This document shows positions 20,480 through 32,574 of a stretch of 64,000 bases of DNA, one piece after another. Within the stretch, counting starts at the first letter, position 1; every line of letters begins with the position of its first letter. The DNA is from an uncultured Gemmatimonadaceae bacterium (GTDB taxonomy: Bacteria; Gemmatimonadota; Gemmatimonadetes; Gemmatimonadales; Gemmatimonadaceae): NCBI GenBank assembly GCA_963716745.1, contig OY970320.1, positions 64,001-128,000 of the forward strand, in the 5' to 3' direction. A program made the translations under genes and the position numbers. The notes beneath the pieces were generated by a model. That model was not told the DNA's origin, did no database searches, and saw only the letters and a list, made by a program, of their open reading frames with translations.

Positions 20480-21646
20480 GTGACCGATCGCGCCGAGCGC
20501 TCGCCCCTGATCCTCGTGGCGGATGACGTGCCGGCCAACGTGGCCGCGCTCGAGGACCAGCTCACGACGCTCGGCTACCGCGTCGTGAGCGCGGTGGACG
20601 GCCCGGGAGCGCTCGCCGCGTGCCAATCGCAGCGTCCTGACCTGTGCATCCTCGATGTCTCGATGCCGCCGGGTTCGCTCGAATGCGACGCGCGCGACAC
20701 CGGGTTCGAGGTGTGCCGGCGCATCAAGCGCGATCCGCGCACCGCGCGCATTCCCGTGATCTTCGTCACGGCGCTCAACGACACCAGCGACCGCGTGAAG
20801 GCGATCGAAGCCGGCGGCGACGACTTCCTGAGTAAGCCGCACAGCCGCCAGGTGTTGAGCGCGCGCGTGCGGTCATTGCTGCGCCTCAAGTTCGCGACGG
20901 AGGCGCTCGAAGAGAGCTACGCGCGGCTCCGCGAACTCGAACAGGTGCGCGATGACCTCATGAAGATGATCGTGCACGACCTCAAGACGCCGCTCGCGAG
21001 CGTCCTCGCGTCGCTCGAGATGGTGCTCGACAACGATTTTGGCCCGGTCACGGAAGAGCAGCGCCGCGCGCTCGGCGATGCCGAGTCACGTGCCGAGGAG
21101 CTGCTCGCGCTCATCGAGGATCTCCTGGAGGTCGCGCGCATCGAGGAGACTTCGCTCGCGCTCGAACGCCGGCCCGTCGCGCCCGGTGCGCTGCTCACCG
21201 AGATCGCGCACGAATGGGGCGCGCGATTCCAACGCGCGCACACCACGGCGAGCGTCACCGCCGCGGATGATGCGCCGGTGTTCGAGGCCGACCGGGCGCT
21301 GCTCAAGCGCGTCTTCGGCAACCTGATCCAGAATGCCATCATGCACGGCGGTGAGCGCGTGACGCTGTCGCTCAGCGCCGAGCGCGACGCCGGCGATGGC
21401 GTGCTATTCACGGTTGCGGACGACGGCCCGGGCATCCCGGTGGAATTCCACGAGTCGATCTTCCGGAAGTTCGAGCGCGTGCGGAAGGCGGACGCGCCAC
21501 GCGTGCGGAGCTCCGGGCTCGGACTCACCTTCTGCAAGCTGGTGGTGGAAGCGCATGGCGGGCGGATCTGGGTGGAGAGCGTCGAAGGGAAGGGGAGCCG
21601 TTTCTTCATCGCGCTGCCCCCGGGCGCCGGCTCGTCCGCGGCATGA
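20480..21646 (+). CDS. Hybrid receiver-histidine kinase (REC-HisKA-HATPase)
   Basis: ILVADD, LDVSMP, DFLSKP; HDLKTPL, NLIQNA, DDGPG, GLGL, HGG. Confidence 0.9.
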   Translation: MTDRAERSPLILVADDVPANVAALEDQLTTLGYRVVSAVDGPGALAACQSQRPDLCILDVSMPPGSLECDARDTGFEVCRRIKRDPRTARIPVIFVTALNDTSDRVKAIEAGGDDFLSKPHSRQVLSARVRSLLRLKFATEALEESYARLRELEQVRDDLMKMIVHDLKTPLASVLASLEMVLDNDFGPVTEEQRRALGDAESRAEELLALIEDLLEVARIEETSLALERRPVAPGALLTEIAHEWGARFQRAHTTASVTAADDAPVFEADRALLKRVFGNLIQNAIMHGGERVTLSLSAERDAGDGVLFTVADDGPGIPVEFHESIFRKFERVRKADAPRVRSSGLGLTFCKLVVEAHGGRIWVESVEGKGSRFFIALPPGAGSSAA

Positions 21647-22887
21647 GAGTATTCCTCGCAACCCACGGCTGCCGCGCGAACCAGTACGACAGCGCGGCCG
21701 TTCGCGCGATGCTGGAGAGCGAGGGGCACGAGATCGAGGGCGCGCCGGAACGCGCGGAGATGGCGGTGTTCAACTCGTGTGCCGTCACCGCGGACGCGGT
21801 CGCGGACCTGCGACAAGGAGTACGGCGCGCGGCGCGCCGCAATCCCGCGCTGCGCACGGTGGTGATGGGCTGCGCGGCGGCGCTGGATCGCGGCGAGATC
21901 GCGGCGCTGCCCACGGTGCGCGACGTGATCGGCGGCGCGCCGATGGATGCGATCGCCGCCGCGCTCGGACTCACGCCCGCGGCGGCGACGGTGCGCGCCG
22001 CCGAACAGACCGGCGTGCGCGCGCTGCTTCGCATCCAGGATGGGTGCGACGAACACTGCACCTTCTGCGCGACGACCATCGCACGCGGCGCGGCGCGCTC
22101 GCGGCCGGTGAACGAACTCGTTGCCGAAGCGTTGCGGCTCGCCGAGCATCACGCCGAGATCGTGCTCACCGGCATTCACATCGGGCAGTACGGACGCGAC
22201 TTTGGCTCGTCACTCGGCGACCTGCTCGAGACGCTCGTGGCGCGCGTGGACACCGTGCGCTTCCGGCTCTCCTCGGTGGAGGCGAGCGAAGTGGATGACC
22301 GGCTCGCGGACCTGCTCGCCGGCGACGCACGGCGCGTCGCGCCCTGGCTGCACGCGCCGCTGCAGTCGGGGTCGGACCGGATCCTGAAGCGGATGGGGCG
22401 GCACTGGTACTCCGCCGCACGCTACGCCGCCGCCATAGAGCGGCTGGCCGCGCGCACGCCGCTGCTCGGGCTCGGCGCCGACATCATCGCCGGCTTCCCC
22501 GGCGAGAGCGACGCCGATCACGACGCGACACTCGCGCTCGTGGCGCAGTTGCCCTTCACGGCCCTCCACGTCTTCCCGTACTCGGAGCGGCCGGGCACGG
22601 CCGCCGCGCGCCTCGGCGGTATTGTTCCGCGGCCGACGGCGATCCGCCGCGCCGCGGAGTTGCGCGCGCTCGGCGAGCGGAAGGCGGCGGCACATCGTGC
22701 CTCGCGCATCGGCGGCATGGCGGACGTGGTGGTGCTCGCGGGCGCGTCGCGCCGGGAGGGACTCACCGAGGATCACCTCACCGTGCGCCTGCGCGACGAG
22801 TCGCTGGCGCGCGGCGCCCGCGTGCGAGCGAGGCTGGAAGGCCAGTCCGGCGATGCGACTCTGTTCGCCCGCACTGGAGCGGAGTAG
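21643..22887 (+). CDS. mtaB: MtaB-like tRNA methylthiotransferase (radical SAM)
   Basis: HGCRANQYD, NSCAVT, IQDGCDEHCTFC, EIVLTGIHIG, HVFPYSERPGT. Confidence 0.85.
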   Translation: MRVFLATHGCRANQYDSAAVRAMLESEGHEIEGAPERAEMAVFNSCAVTADAVADLRQGVRRAARRNPALRTVVMGCAAALDRGEIAALPTVRDVIGGAPMDAIAAALGLTPAAATVRAAEQTGVRALLRIQDGCDEHCTFCATTIARGAARSRPVNELVAEALRLAEHHAEIVLTGIHIGQYGRDFGSSLGDLLETLVARVDTVRFRLSSVEASEVDDRLADLLAGDARRVAPWLHAPLQSGSDRILKRMGRHWYSAARYAAAIERLAARTPLLGLGADIIAGFPGESDADHDATLALVAQLPFTALHVFPYSERPGTAAARLGGIVPRPTAIRRAAELRALGERKAAAHRASRIGGMADVVVLAGASRREGLTEDHLTVRLRDESLARGARVRARLEGQSGDATLFARTGAE

Positions 22888-22895
22888 CTTTCCGC

Positions 22896-24234
22896 ATGGC
22901 CGAGCGTGGCGGGACCGTCTATATCGAGACGTACGGGTGCCAGATGAACGTGAGCGATTCCGAGCTGATGCTCGGCCGTCTCGCGGAAGATGGGTTCGTG
23001 CCGGTGGACGGCCCGGATGGCGCCGACGTCATCCTCGTGAACACGTGCGCGATCCGCGATCACGCCGAGCAGCGGGTGTTCGGCCGCATCGGCGAACTCA
23101 AGCGGCACATGACCGAGCGCACCGTGCTGGGCGTGACCGGCTGTATGGCGCAGCGCCTCGGCCCCGCGCTCCTCGAGCGCGCGGCGCACGTGGACCTCGT
23201 GGTGGGACCCGACGGCTATCGCGCGCTGCCGGCGCTCATCGCCGGCGCGCGCGAGGGCCGTCGTGCGGCGCGCGTGGAATTCGACATCGAAGAGCATTAC
23301 GAGGATTTCAGCGCGAGACGCTTCGAAGGCGTGCGCGCGTGGGTGCCCGTGCAGCGTGGTTGCGACTACAAGTGCACGTACTGCATCGTGCCAACGACGC
23401 GCGGCCCGGAACGCAGCCGCCGGCTGGCGGACGTCGTGCGCGAATCGCACGAGATCGCGGCGCAGGGGATCACCGAGATCACGCTGCTCGGTCAGACGGT
23501 GAACTCCTATCACGATGGCGAGCACGAATTCGGCGCGCTGCTGCGTGCGGTCGGCGCCGTGAACGGGATCCGCCGCGTGAGGTTCACGAGCCCGCACCCC
23601 AACGATTTCTCCAACGCGGTGCTCGCCGCGATGGCGGAGACGCCCGCCGTGTGCGAGCATGTGCATCTGCCCATGCAGTCGGGCAGCGATCGCACGCTCA
23701 AGCGGATGCTGCGCCGGTACACGCGCGACGAATACTTCGCGTGCGCCGAGCGGCTGCGCGCGGCGATCCCCGGATTGGCGCTGAGCACCGACGTCATCGT
23801 CGGCTTCCCGGGGGAGACGGACGACGATTTCGAGGAGACGCTCTCGGCGGTGCGAGCGCTCGCGTTCGACGATGCCTACACGTTCAAGTTCTCGCTGCGC
23901 GAGGGAACGCCCGCCGAACGGCTTCCCGCGGCGCTCACCGTGCCCGACGATGTCGCGAGCGAGCGGCTCGACCGCCTGATCGCGCTGCAGCGCGAACTCA
24001 CGCGCGCGCGCAGCCGGGCGCTGCTCGGCACGCGGCACGAAGTGCTGATCGAGAAGAGCGCACGCCGCGGCGGGCTGCTGCAGGGGCGCACGCGCCGGCA
24101 TCAGACCGTGCTCGTCGCCGGCGACGCGTCGCTCATCGGGACGCTACCTGACCGTGGAGCTCACGGGCACCACGGGCTCGACGTTCACCGGCGCGCCCGT
24201 CTCCTCGCGCGCGGCACTGCCGATGGCCGGATGA
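22896..24234 (+). CDS. miaB: tRNA-2-methylthio-N6-dimethylallyladenosine synthase; apparent +1 frameshift near 24144
   Basis: TYGCQMNVSDSE, NTCAIR, GCDYKCTYCIVP, FTSPHP; the TRAM domain continues in the shifted frame (YLTVELTGTTGSTFTG) to TGA 24232-24234. Confidence 0.93.
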
Positions 24235-24515
24235 AGAATCTCCTCGAGGGCTCCATTCGCGAGCTCTACCGCGAACTGCGCGAGAATTTCCCTGAAGCCT
24301 GCCGCTGCGACCGTTGCGAGAGCGACGCGATCACGTACGCGTTGAACCATCTCCATCCGCGGTACACCGTGGAGGAGAATCCCGGCCGGACGCTCGTCGC
24401 GGTGGACCTGCAGCGCGAGGGCACGCGCGCCGAACTCGCCGTGACCGTGATCGACGCGATCAAGCTCGTGGCGATGAATCCGCGGCATCCGCGCGCGCCG
24501 CGCGCGGCGGAGTGA
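24231..24515 (+). CDS. Late competence development ComFB family protein
   Basis: MKNLLE, CRCDRC, ALNHLHPRY, C-terminal VAMNPRH; ATG overlaps the corrected miaB stop. Confidence 0.85.
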   Translation: MKNLLEGSIRELYRELRENFPEACRCDRCESDAITYALNHLHPRYTVEENPGRTLVAVDLQREGTRAELAVTVIDAIKLVAMNPRHPRAPRAAE

Positions 24516-24607
24516 TCGGGACCTTCGCGCCACGGTAGGATGGCGGCCCGCGCAGGGGCGCGGCGCATGCTGGGAGATCGAGACTCCGGCGCCGCGCGCG
24601 CCGCCCC

Positions 24608-26916
24608 ATGCCCCTCATCGCGTACGCCGTCGCGTCGTTCGCGGCGGGATTGCTGCTCGGGTTCGCCGATCTGCCATTCGCCGGCGCCGTGTGCGCGGGA
24701 GCGCTCGCGGTCGCCGGCTTGTTGCGCGGACGTCGCGCGCTCGCCGCGTTGGGCGCGCTGGTGGCGGCGGGCATCCTCGTGGCCGGCGCGAGCGACGGGA
24801 TGCGCGAGCGCTGTGTGCGCCGCGTCGCCGCCGCGAGCGAATGGCGCGTCGTGCCCGATGACGATGCATCGCCGGGCGCGTTCGTCGGCGGCGAGGCTTC
24901 GGTCGACGGATGCACCGTGCATGCCTCGCTTTCCGTGGTCCGGGGCAATGCGCGCGCCGGCGAGGCGGTGGTCGTGCGCGGAGATGCCACGCGAGCGCCG
25001 CGGGGAGTGCGTATCGCGCACGCGGCCCTCGCGCCGGATGAGGGCGGCTCGGCGCTGATCCGCGCGCGCGCCGATGCCGGCGTGCGCATCGACGCGATCT
25101 TCGGCGCCGACGCGCCCATGGTGCGTGCGCTCCTCATCGCCGACCAGCGGGCGGTCGATCCGGCGATCCGCGACCGCTTCGCCGCAGCCGGCATCGTGCA
25201 CATGCTCTCGATCTCGGGACTGCACGTGGCGATCATCGCCGCCGCGGTGCGACTGCTCTTCCTCGCGCTGCGCCTGCGGAGCGGGCCGGCGACCGCCGCG
25301 ACGCTGGCCGTGCTCGCGCTCTATCTCGCGGTGATCGGCGCGCCGCCGCCGGCGCTCCGGTCCGGCGTGATGCTCGGCGCCGCCGCGCTCACTCGGCAGC
25401 TGCAGCGTCCCGTGTCGGCGTGGGCGGTGCTCGCGCTCGGCGCCGCCGCGCCGCTCGTGGATCCGCGCACGGTCACCGACCTTGGCTACCAACTCAGCGT
25501 GTTGGGCATGGCGAGCCTGATCGCCGGCGGCATCCTCGCGAAGAAGTGGTGCGCGAAGCTGGACGGCTGGCGCGCGACGATCGCGGCGGTCGCGCTCATA
25601 TCGACCATCGCGACGGTCGCGAGCGCGCCGCTCGTGGCGTGGTACTTCGGGCGCGTCAGCGTGATCGCGCCGCTCACGAACATGCTCGCCACGCCGCGTG
25701 GTCGGCGTGCTGCAGCCCACGCTCTTCCTGGCGCTGGCGCTCTCGCCATGGCGCGCGGGCGCGCGATTCATCGCGGACGCGGCGCATCCGATGCTCGCGG
25801 CGTTCGGGGCGATCGCAGCGGCCGGCGCGGCCGTTCCTGGCGCGAGTGTGCACGTCGCGCCAACGCTCGCGACCGCGATGCTCTACGGTGTGGCGGCACT
25901 GGCGTTGCTCGTCGCGTGCGCCAGTCATTTTCCCGAGCGGGCGCTCATCGCAGGACTCGCGGCGCTCGCCGCGGCGGTCTGGGCGCCCGACGTGCTCGCG
26001 CCGCCGCGCGGCATGGAGCTGCACGTGATCGACGTGGGGCAGGGCGACGCGGTGGCGGTGCGCACGCCGCGCGGCCGCTGGATCCTCACCGATGCGGGCC
26101 GCGCGTGGAATGGCGGTGACGCGGGACGCAGCACCGTGGTGCCGTACCTCCGGCGCTACGGCGGGGCGGTGGCGCTCTTCGTACTCACCCATCCGCACGC
26201 CGACCACGCGGGCGGCGCCGCAACCGTGATGCGCGCCCTTCATCCCGCAGCCTATTGGGACGGCGCCTTCGCCGGCACGAGCGATCCATATCGCGCGTCG
26301 CTCGCGGCGGCCGACAGCGGCGGCGTTCCCTGGCAGCGCGCGCACCCCGGCGACACGCTCTCCGTGGACGGTGTCACGCTCCGCGTGCTCGCCCCCGATT
26401 CGCTCTGGATGTCGGGACTCCGCGACCCGAACGCGGCGAGCGTCGTCACGCTCGTGGAATACCGGGACGTACGCTTCCTGCTCACCGGCGACGCAGAGGC
26501 GGGCGAGGAAGAGCGGCTCGTGGAGCGCTACGGCGCCACACTGCATGCCGCCGTGCTCAAGGTCGCGCATCATGGCAGCAAGACGAGCAGCACGCCCGAA
26601 TTCCTGGCCGCGGTCCATCCCCGGCTCGCGATCATCTCGGTGGGCGCCGGCAATTCCTACGGTCATCCGAGCGCCGAGACGCTCGCCGCGCTCGCGCGCG
26701 CCGGCGTTGCCGTGATGCGCACCGATCGCGCCGGCACGATCGTGGTGCGCACCGACGGCCATCGCGTCGTGCTCGCCGGATTCGCTCGGCGACTGGACGC
26801 TCCCCGCCGATCCGCCGATCGGCGTCACCCTTGCAGTATCCATCGCGGAGGGGGAAATTCCGCACGCCGGCGACAGTCGACACTCGACAGCCGAGACCCG
26901 TCTTCCGCCTCCATGA
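24608..26916 (+). CDS. comEC: DNA uptake channel ComEC/Rec2 with metallo-beta-lactamase domain; frameshifts near 25697 and probably 26778; 3' end uncertain
   Basis: [55 protein letters not shown]. Confidence 0.88.
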
Positions 26917-27929
26917 GCGTGGTCAACCACACCAGCACGTCGGTCGTCACGATCGAGCGCTTCATCATCGAGCAGGAGCGCCTCCATCCCGAGGCGACCG
27001 GCGAACTGTCGGGCATCCTGTACGACATGGCACTCGCCGCGAAGATGATCGCGAACAAGGTGCGCAGCGCCGGGCTCGTCGACGTGCTCGGCTCGGCGGA
27101 CACCGAGAACGTGCAGGGCGAGGTGCAGCAGAAGCTCGACGTGATCGCGAACGAGATCGTGGTGAAGGCGATGGACCACGCCGGCCGCCTGTGCGCGATG
27201 GCGAGCGAAGAGGAGCCGGAGATCATCCAGATCCCCGAGGGATTCCGCCTCGGGAAATACCTGCTGATGTTCGATCCGCTCGACGGTTCGTCCAACATCG
27301 ATGTGAACGTGCCGGTGGGCACGATCTTCTCCGTGGTGAAGAAGATCACGCGCGGCGTGCGCGGCGAGCTCGAGGATCTGCTGCAGCCCGGCCGCCGCCA
27401 GGTCGCGGCGGGCTACGTGATCTACGGCTCGAGCACGATGCTCGTATACACCACGGGGCAGGGCGTCCACGGCTTCACCCTCGATCCAGCGATCGGCGAG
27501 TTCCTGCTCTCGCATCCCAACATCAAAGTGCCGGCCACGGGCCGCTATCTGTCGGTGAACGATTCGTACGAGCCGCTGTGGGATCCGCGCGTGCAGACGC
27601 TCATGCGCCAGTACCGCGGCCTCGAGGGCGGACGCAAGCCGCTCAACGTGCGCTACGTGGGCAGTCTCGTGGCCGACATCCATCGCAATCTGCTCGGCGG
27701 CGGCGTGTTCGCGTATCCGGCCAACACGAAATCGCCCAAGGGCAAGCTGCGGCTGCTCTACGAGGCCAATCCGCTCGCGTTCATCGTGGAGCAGGCGGGC
27801 GGCGCGGCGTCCGACGGCACGCGGCGCATCATGGACATCGCGCCGACCGAGCTGCACCAGCGCACACCGCTGTTCATCGGCAACAGCGACGAGGTCGCGA
27901 TGGCGGCCACCGCGCTCGCGGGCGCCTAG
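26913..27929 (+). CDS. fbp: Fructose-1,6-bisphosphatase class 1
   Basis: [45 protein letters not shown]. Confidence 0.95.
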   Translation: MSVVNHTSTSVVTIERFIIEQERLHPEATGELSGILYDMALAAKMIANKVRSAGLVDVLGSADTENVQGEVQQKLDVIANEIVVKAMDHAGRLCAMASEEEPEIIQIPEGFRLGKYLLMFDPLDGSSNIDVNVPVGTIFSVVKKITRGVRGELEDLLQPGRRQVAAGYVIYGSSTMLVYTTGQGVHGFTLDPAIGEFLLSHPNIKVPATGRYLSVNDSYEPLWDPRVQTLMRQYRGLEGGRKPLNVRYVGSLVADIHRNLLGGGVFAYPANTKSPKGKLRLLYEANPLAFIVEQAGGAASDGTRRIMDIAPTELHQRTPLFIGNSDEVAMAATALAGA

Positions 27930-27971
27930 CGGCGCTGCGATGGCGCGCTCCGGTGCGCATCGCCACGGATC

Positions 27972-29558
<1,587 letters not shown>

Positions 29559-29631
29559 TCTCCACTCACGCCGTGTCAGTACCATGCGCCATACGCGCCT
29601 CTCAACGTAGTACCAATCTCGCCTCCCGCCG

Positions 29632-29660
29632 TTGAGTCGAACGCACATCGCGGGTAGCTT
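29632..29660 (+). promoter_or_regulatory. sigma70-like promoter of the fmdB-like/argS operon
   Basis: TTGAGT-N17-TAGCTT. Confidence 0.65.
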
Positions 29661-29693
29661 TAGCAGTTGATCTCTCCCTCGCGATAGAGCCAC

Positions 29694-30020
29694 ATGCCGA
29701 CGTATGAATACGCCTGTCCCCGCGGTCACCGCTTCGAACGGTTCGTCCGCAAGATCAGCGACGCCGAAGCCGCTCCCGCCTGTCCGGAGTGCGGTGAGAT
29801 CGCGTCGCGTCTGATCTCGGGCGCGGGGCTCGTCTTCAAGGGGTCGGGCTTCTACATCACCGACTACGGCAAGGACGGCAAGAAGAAGCAGGAGACCGCG
29901 GCGCCGAAGAGCGAGAGCGGCAAGAGCGATGGCGGCGCGCCCGCGTCGCCCGCGCCGGGCGCGTCGACGGAGAAGAAGCCCGCGAACCCTGCGCCGCCGA
30001 AGTCCAAGGGCGGGGAATGA
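29694..30020 (+). CDS. FmdB family zinc-ribbon protein
   Basis: MPTYEYAC..GH.FE, CPECG, FKGSGFYITDY, low-complexity tail. Confidence 0.9.
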   Translation: MPTYEYACPRGHRFERFVRKISDAEAAPACPECGEIASRLISGAGLVFKGSGFYITDYGKDGKKKQETAAPKSESGKSDGGAPASPAPGASTEKKPANPAPPKSKGGE

Positions 30021-31660
30021 CCCCGCGCGATACGATCCATGCCGCGTTGGTGAAGGCGGCGCGCGCGCTCGGCGCGCCGGAGCCCATCGATCCGCTCATG
30101 GAGCGCCCGCGCGACGCGGCGCACGGGCATTGGTCCAGCAACGTCGCGATGACGCTCGCGAAACCGCTGCGCCGCAAGCCGCGCGAACTCGCCGACGCGA
30201 TCGTCGCGTCCCTCGATCTCGCGGCGGCCGGCGTGGAGAAGGTGGAGATCGCCGGCCCGGGCTTCATCAATTTCCACCTCGTGCCCGCGGCCAATGCGAG
30301 CGGCCTCGCCGAGCTCATCGCGGATGGCGATCGCTACGGCCATTCGGTGAACGGCGCCGGGAAGCCCGTGAACGTGGAGTTCGTGAGCGCGAATCCCACG
30401 GGGCCTCTGCATGTGGGCCACGGACGCCAGGCCGCGCTCGGCGACGCGATCTCGCGTCTGCTCGAGAGCGCCGGCTGGAAAGTGTCGCGCGAGTACTACT
30501 ACAACGACGCCGGCGTCCAGATCGCGAATCTCGGACTGAGCGTGCAGGCGCGCATCGCGCAGGCAGCCGGCCGCGATGTGGCCGTGCCGGAGGGCGGTTA
30601 CCAGGGCGAATACGTCGCGGAGATCGCCGCACGCTACGTCGCGGCGCATGCCGCCGACGCGGCCGGCGCCGACGCCGCCGCGATCACCGCGTTCGCTGTC
30701 GCGGAGCTGCGCAAGGAACAGGATCTGGACCTCCAGGCGTTCGGCATCGCCTTCGACACCTACTTCCTCGAGAGTTCGCTCTACTCGGGCGGCCAGGTGG
30801 AGCAGACGGTGAAGGCGCTCGTGGACGCGGGCCATACGTACGCGCACGACGGCGCCGTGTGGCTGCGCACCACGCAGTTCGGCGACGACAAGGACCGCGT
30901 GATGCGCAAGAAGGACGGCACGTACACGTACTTCCTGCCCGACGTCGCTTATCACGTCACCAAGTGGCGCCGCGGCTTCAAACGCGCGATCGATGTCCAG
31001 GGCTCCGATCACCACAGCACGGTCACGCGCGTGCGCGCCGGGCTGCAGGCGCTCGCGCTCGGCATCCCGCCGGGTTATCCCGAATACGTGCTGCACCAGA
31101 TGGTGACGTTGATGCGCGGCGGCGAAGAGGTGAAGTTCTCCAAGCGGTCGGGGAACATTGTGACGGTGCGCGAGCTGATCGACGAGGTCGGCCGCGACGC
31201 GACCCGGTATTTCTTCCTGATGCGCAAGGCGGATTCCTCGCTCGTGTTCGATATCGACCTCGCTCGCTCGCAATCGGAGGACAATCCCGTGTACTACGTG
31301 CAGATGGCGCACGCGCGCATGTCGGGCATCTTCCGCGCGGGCGCGATCGCGCCCGAGTCCGTCACCGGCGTTGGCGTGGACCTCGGCGTGCTTGCCGCGC
31401 CCGAAGAGCAGGCGCTCATCGCGGCGCTGCTCGATTTCCCCGATCTCGTGTCGGGCGCCGTCGGCGCGCTCGAGCCGCACCGCATCGCCGGGTATCTCCA
31501 CGACACGGCCGCGCTCGTGCATGCGTGGTATCACAAGCACCACGTGCTCGACGAACCCGAGCCGGTCACGCGCGCCCGCCTCGTGCTCGCGCGCGCCGCG
31601 CGCCAGGTGCTCCACAACGGCCTCGCGCTGCTCGGCATCTCGGCCCCGGATCGCATGTGA
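30017..31660 (+). CDS. argS: Arginine--tRNA ligase
   Basis: GPGFINF, EFVSANPTGPLHVGHGR, KFSKRSG, NPVYYVQMAHAR. Confidence 0.97.
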   Translation: MTPRDTIHAALVKAARALGAPEPIDPLMERPRDAAHGHWSSNVAMTLAKPLRRKPRELADAIVASLDLAAAGVEKVEIAGPGFINFHLVPAANASGLAELIADGDRYGHSVNGAGKPVNVEFVSANPTGPLHVGHGRQAALGDAISRLLESAGWKVSREYYYNDAGVQIANLGLSVQARIAQAAGRDVAVPEGGYQGEYVAEIAARYVAAHAADAAGADAAAITAFAVAELRKEQDLDLQAFGIAFDTYFLESSLYSGGQVEQTVKALVDAGHTYAHDGAVWLRTTQFGDDKDRVMRKKDGTYTYFLPDVAYHVTKWRRGFKRAIDVQGSDHHSTVTRVRAGLQALALGIPPGYPEYVLHQMVTLMRGGEEVKFSKRSGNIVTVRELIDEVGRDATRYFFLMRKADSSLVFDIDLARSQSEDNPVYYVQMAHARMSGIFRAGAIAPESVTGVGVDLGVLAAPEEQALIAALLDFPDLVSGAVGALEPHRIAGYLHDTAALVHAWYHKHHVLDEPEPVTRARLVLARAARQVLHNGLALLGISAPDRM

Positions 31661-32574
31661 CGGTGCTCGTCGTGGGATCGGTGGCGCTCGATTCGGTCGA
31701 GACGCCCTTCGGCCGCGCCGACAACGTGCTCGGCGGTTCGGCCACTTTCTTCGCCGCCTCCGCGAGTCACTTCGCGCCGGTGCAGCTCGTGGGCGTCGTG
31801 GGTGCCGACTTCCCGCTCGACCAACTCAAGCCCCTCGAGCAGCGCGGCGTGGACCTGGGCGGGCTCGAGCACGCCGAGGGCGAAAGCTTCCGCTGGCGCG
31901 GCCGTTACCGCCACGACCTGAACACGGCGGAGACGCTCGAGACGCGGCTCGGCGTGTTCTCGCATTTCCGGCCGAAGATCCCGCCACAATTCCGCCGCGC
32001 GCCGTTCGTCTTCCTGGGCAACATCGACCCGCGCCTGCAGCTCGACGTCTTGCAACAGGTCGAGAAGCCGCGGCTGGTGGCGTGCGATACGATGAATTTC
32101 TGGATCGAGAGCCGGCGCGCCGATCTCATCGCGCTGCTCGCGCACGTGGACATCCTCACCGTGAACGACGCCGAAGCCCGCCAGCTCACCGAGGAAGTGA
32201 ACCTCGTGCGAGCCGCGCGCTGGATCATGGCGCGCGGCCCGCGGCATGTCGTGATCAAGAAAGGCGAGAACGGCGCCTTCATGTTCTCCAAGGACAGCGT
32301 GTTCTACGCGCCGGCGTATCCGCTCGAGTCGGTATTCGATCCCACCGGCGCCGGCGACTCGTTCGCGGGCGGGTTCATCGGCTATCTCGCGCGCGCCGGC
32401 GATCTGAGCGAGGCGAGCCTCCGGCGCGCCATCGTGTACGGGTCGGCGATGGGCTCGTTCGCCGTCGAGAAGTTCTCGGCCGCGCGCATCTTCGAGGTAT
32501 CGATGGCGGACATCACTGCGCGCGTGAACGAGATCCACAAACTCGTCGCGTTCGAGCGGGAGGTCGCGGGATGA
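31657..32574 (+). CDS. PfkB family sugar/nucleoside kinase
   Basis: VVGSVALDSVETP, LGGSA, DPTGAGDSFAGG. Confidence 0.92.
   Translation: MTVLVVGSVALDSVETPFGRADNVLGGSATFFAASASHFAPVQLVGVVGADFPLDQLKPLEQRGVDLGGLEHAEGESFRWRGRYRHDLNTAETLETRLGVFSHFRPKIPPQFRRAPFVFLGNIDPRLQLDVLQQVEKPRLVACDTMNFWIESRRADLIALLAHVDILTVNDAEARQLTEEVNLVRAARWIMARGPRHVVIKKGENGAFMFSKDSVFYAPAYPLESVFDPTGAGDSFAGGFIGYLARAGDLSEASLRRAIVYGSAMGSFAVEKFSAARIFEVSMADITARVNEIHKLVAFEREVAG

Noticed and set aside
22896..24515. Apparent MiaB-ComFB fusion (539-aa ORF)
   Set aside because: The TRAM domain continues in another frame after 24144 and stops at 24234, overlapping the ComFB ATG; the fusion is a frameshift artefact.
25698..27929. Apparent ComEC beta-lactamase domain-FBPase fusion (743-aa ORF)
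   Set aside because: The linker is low-quality sequence containing a promoter-like motif and heptamer repeats. Removing one base near 26778 gives a ComEC tail ending at a TGA that overlaps the fbp ATG. Similar +1 errors occur throughout the window.
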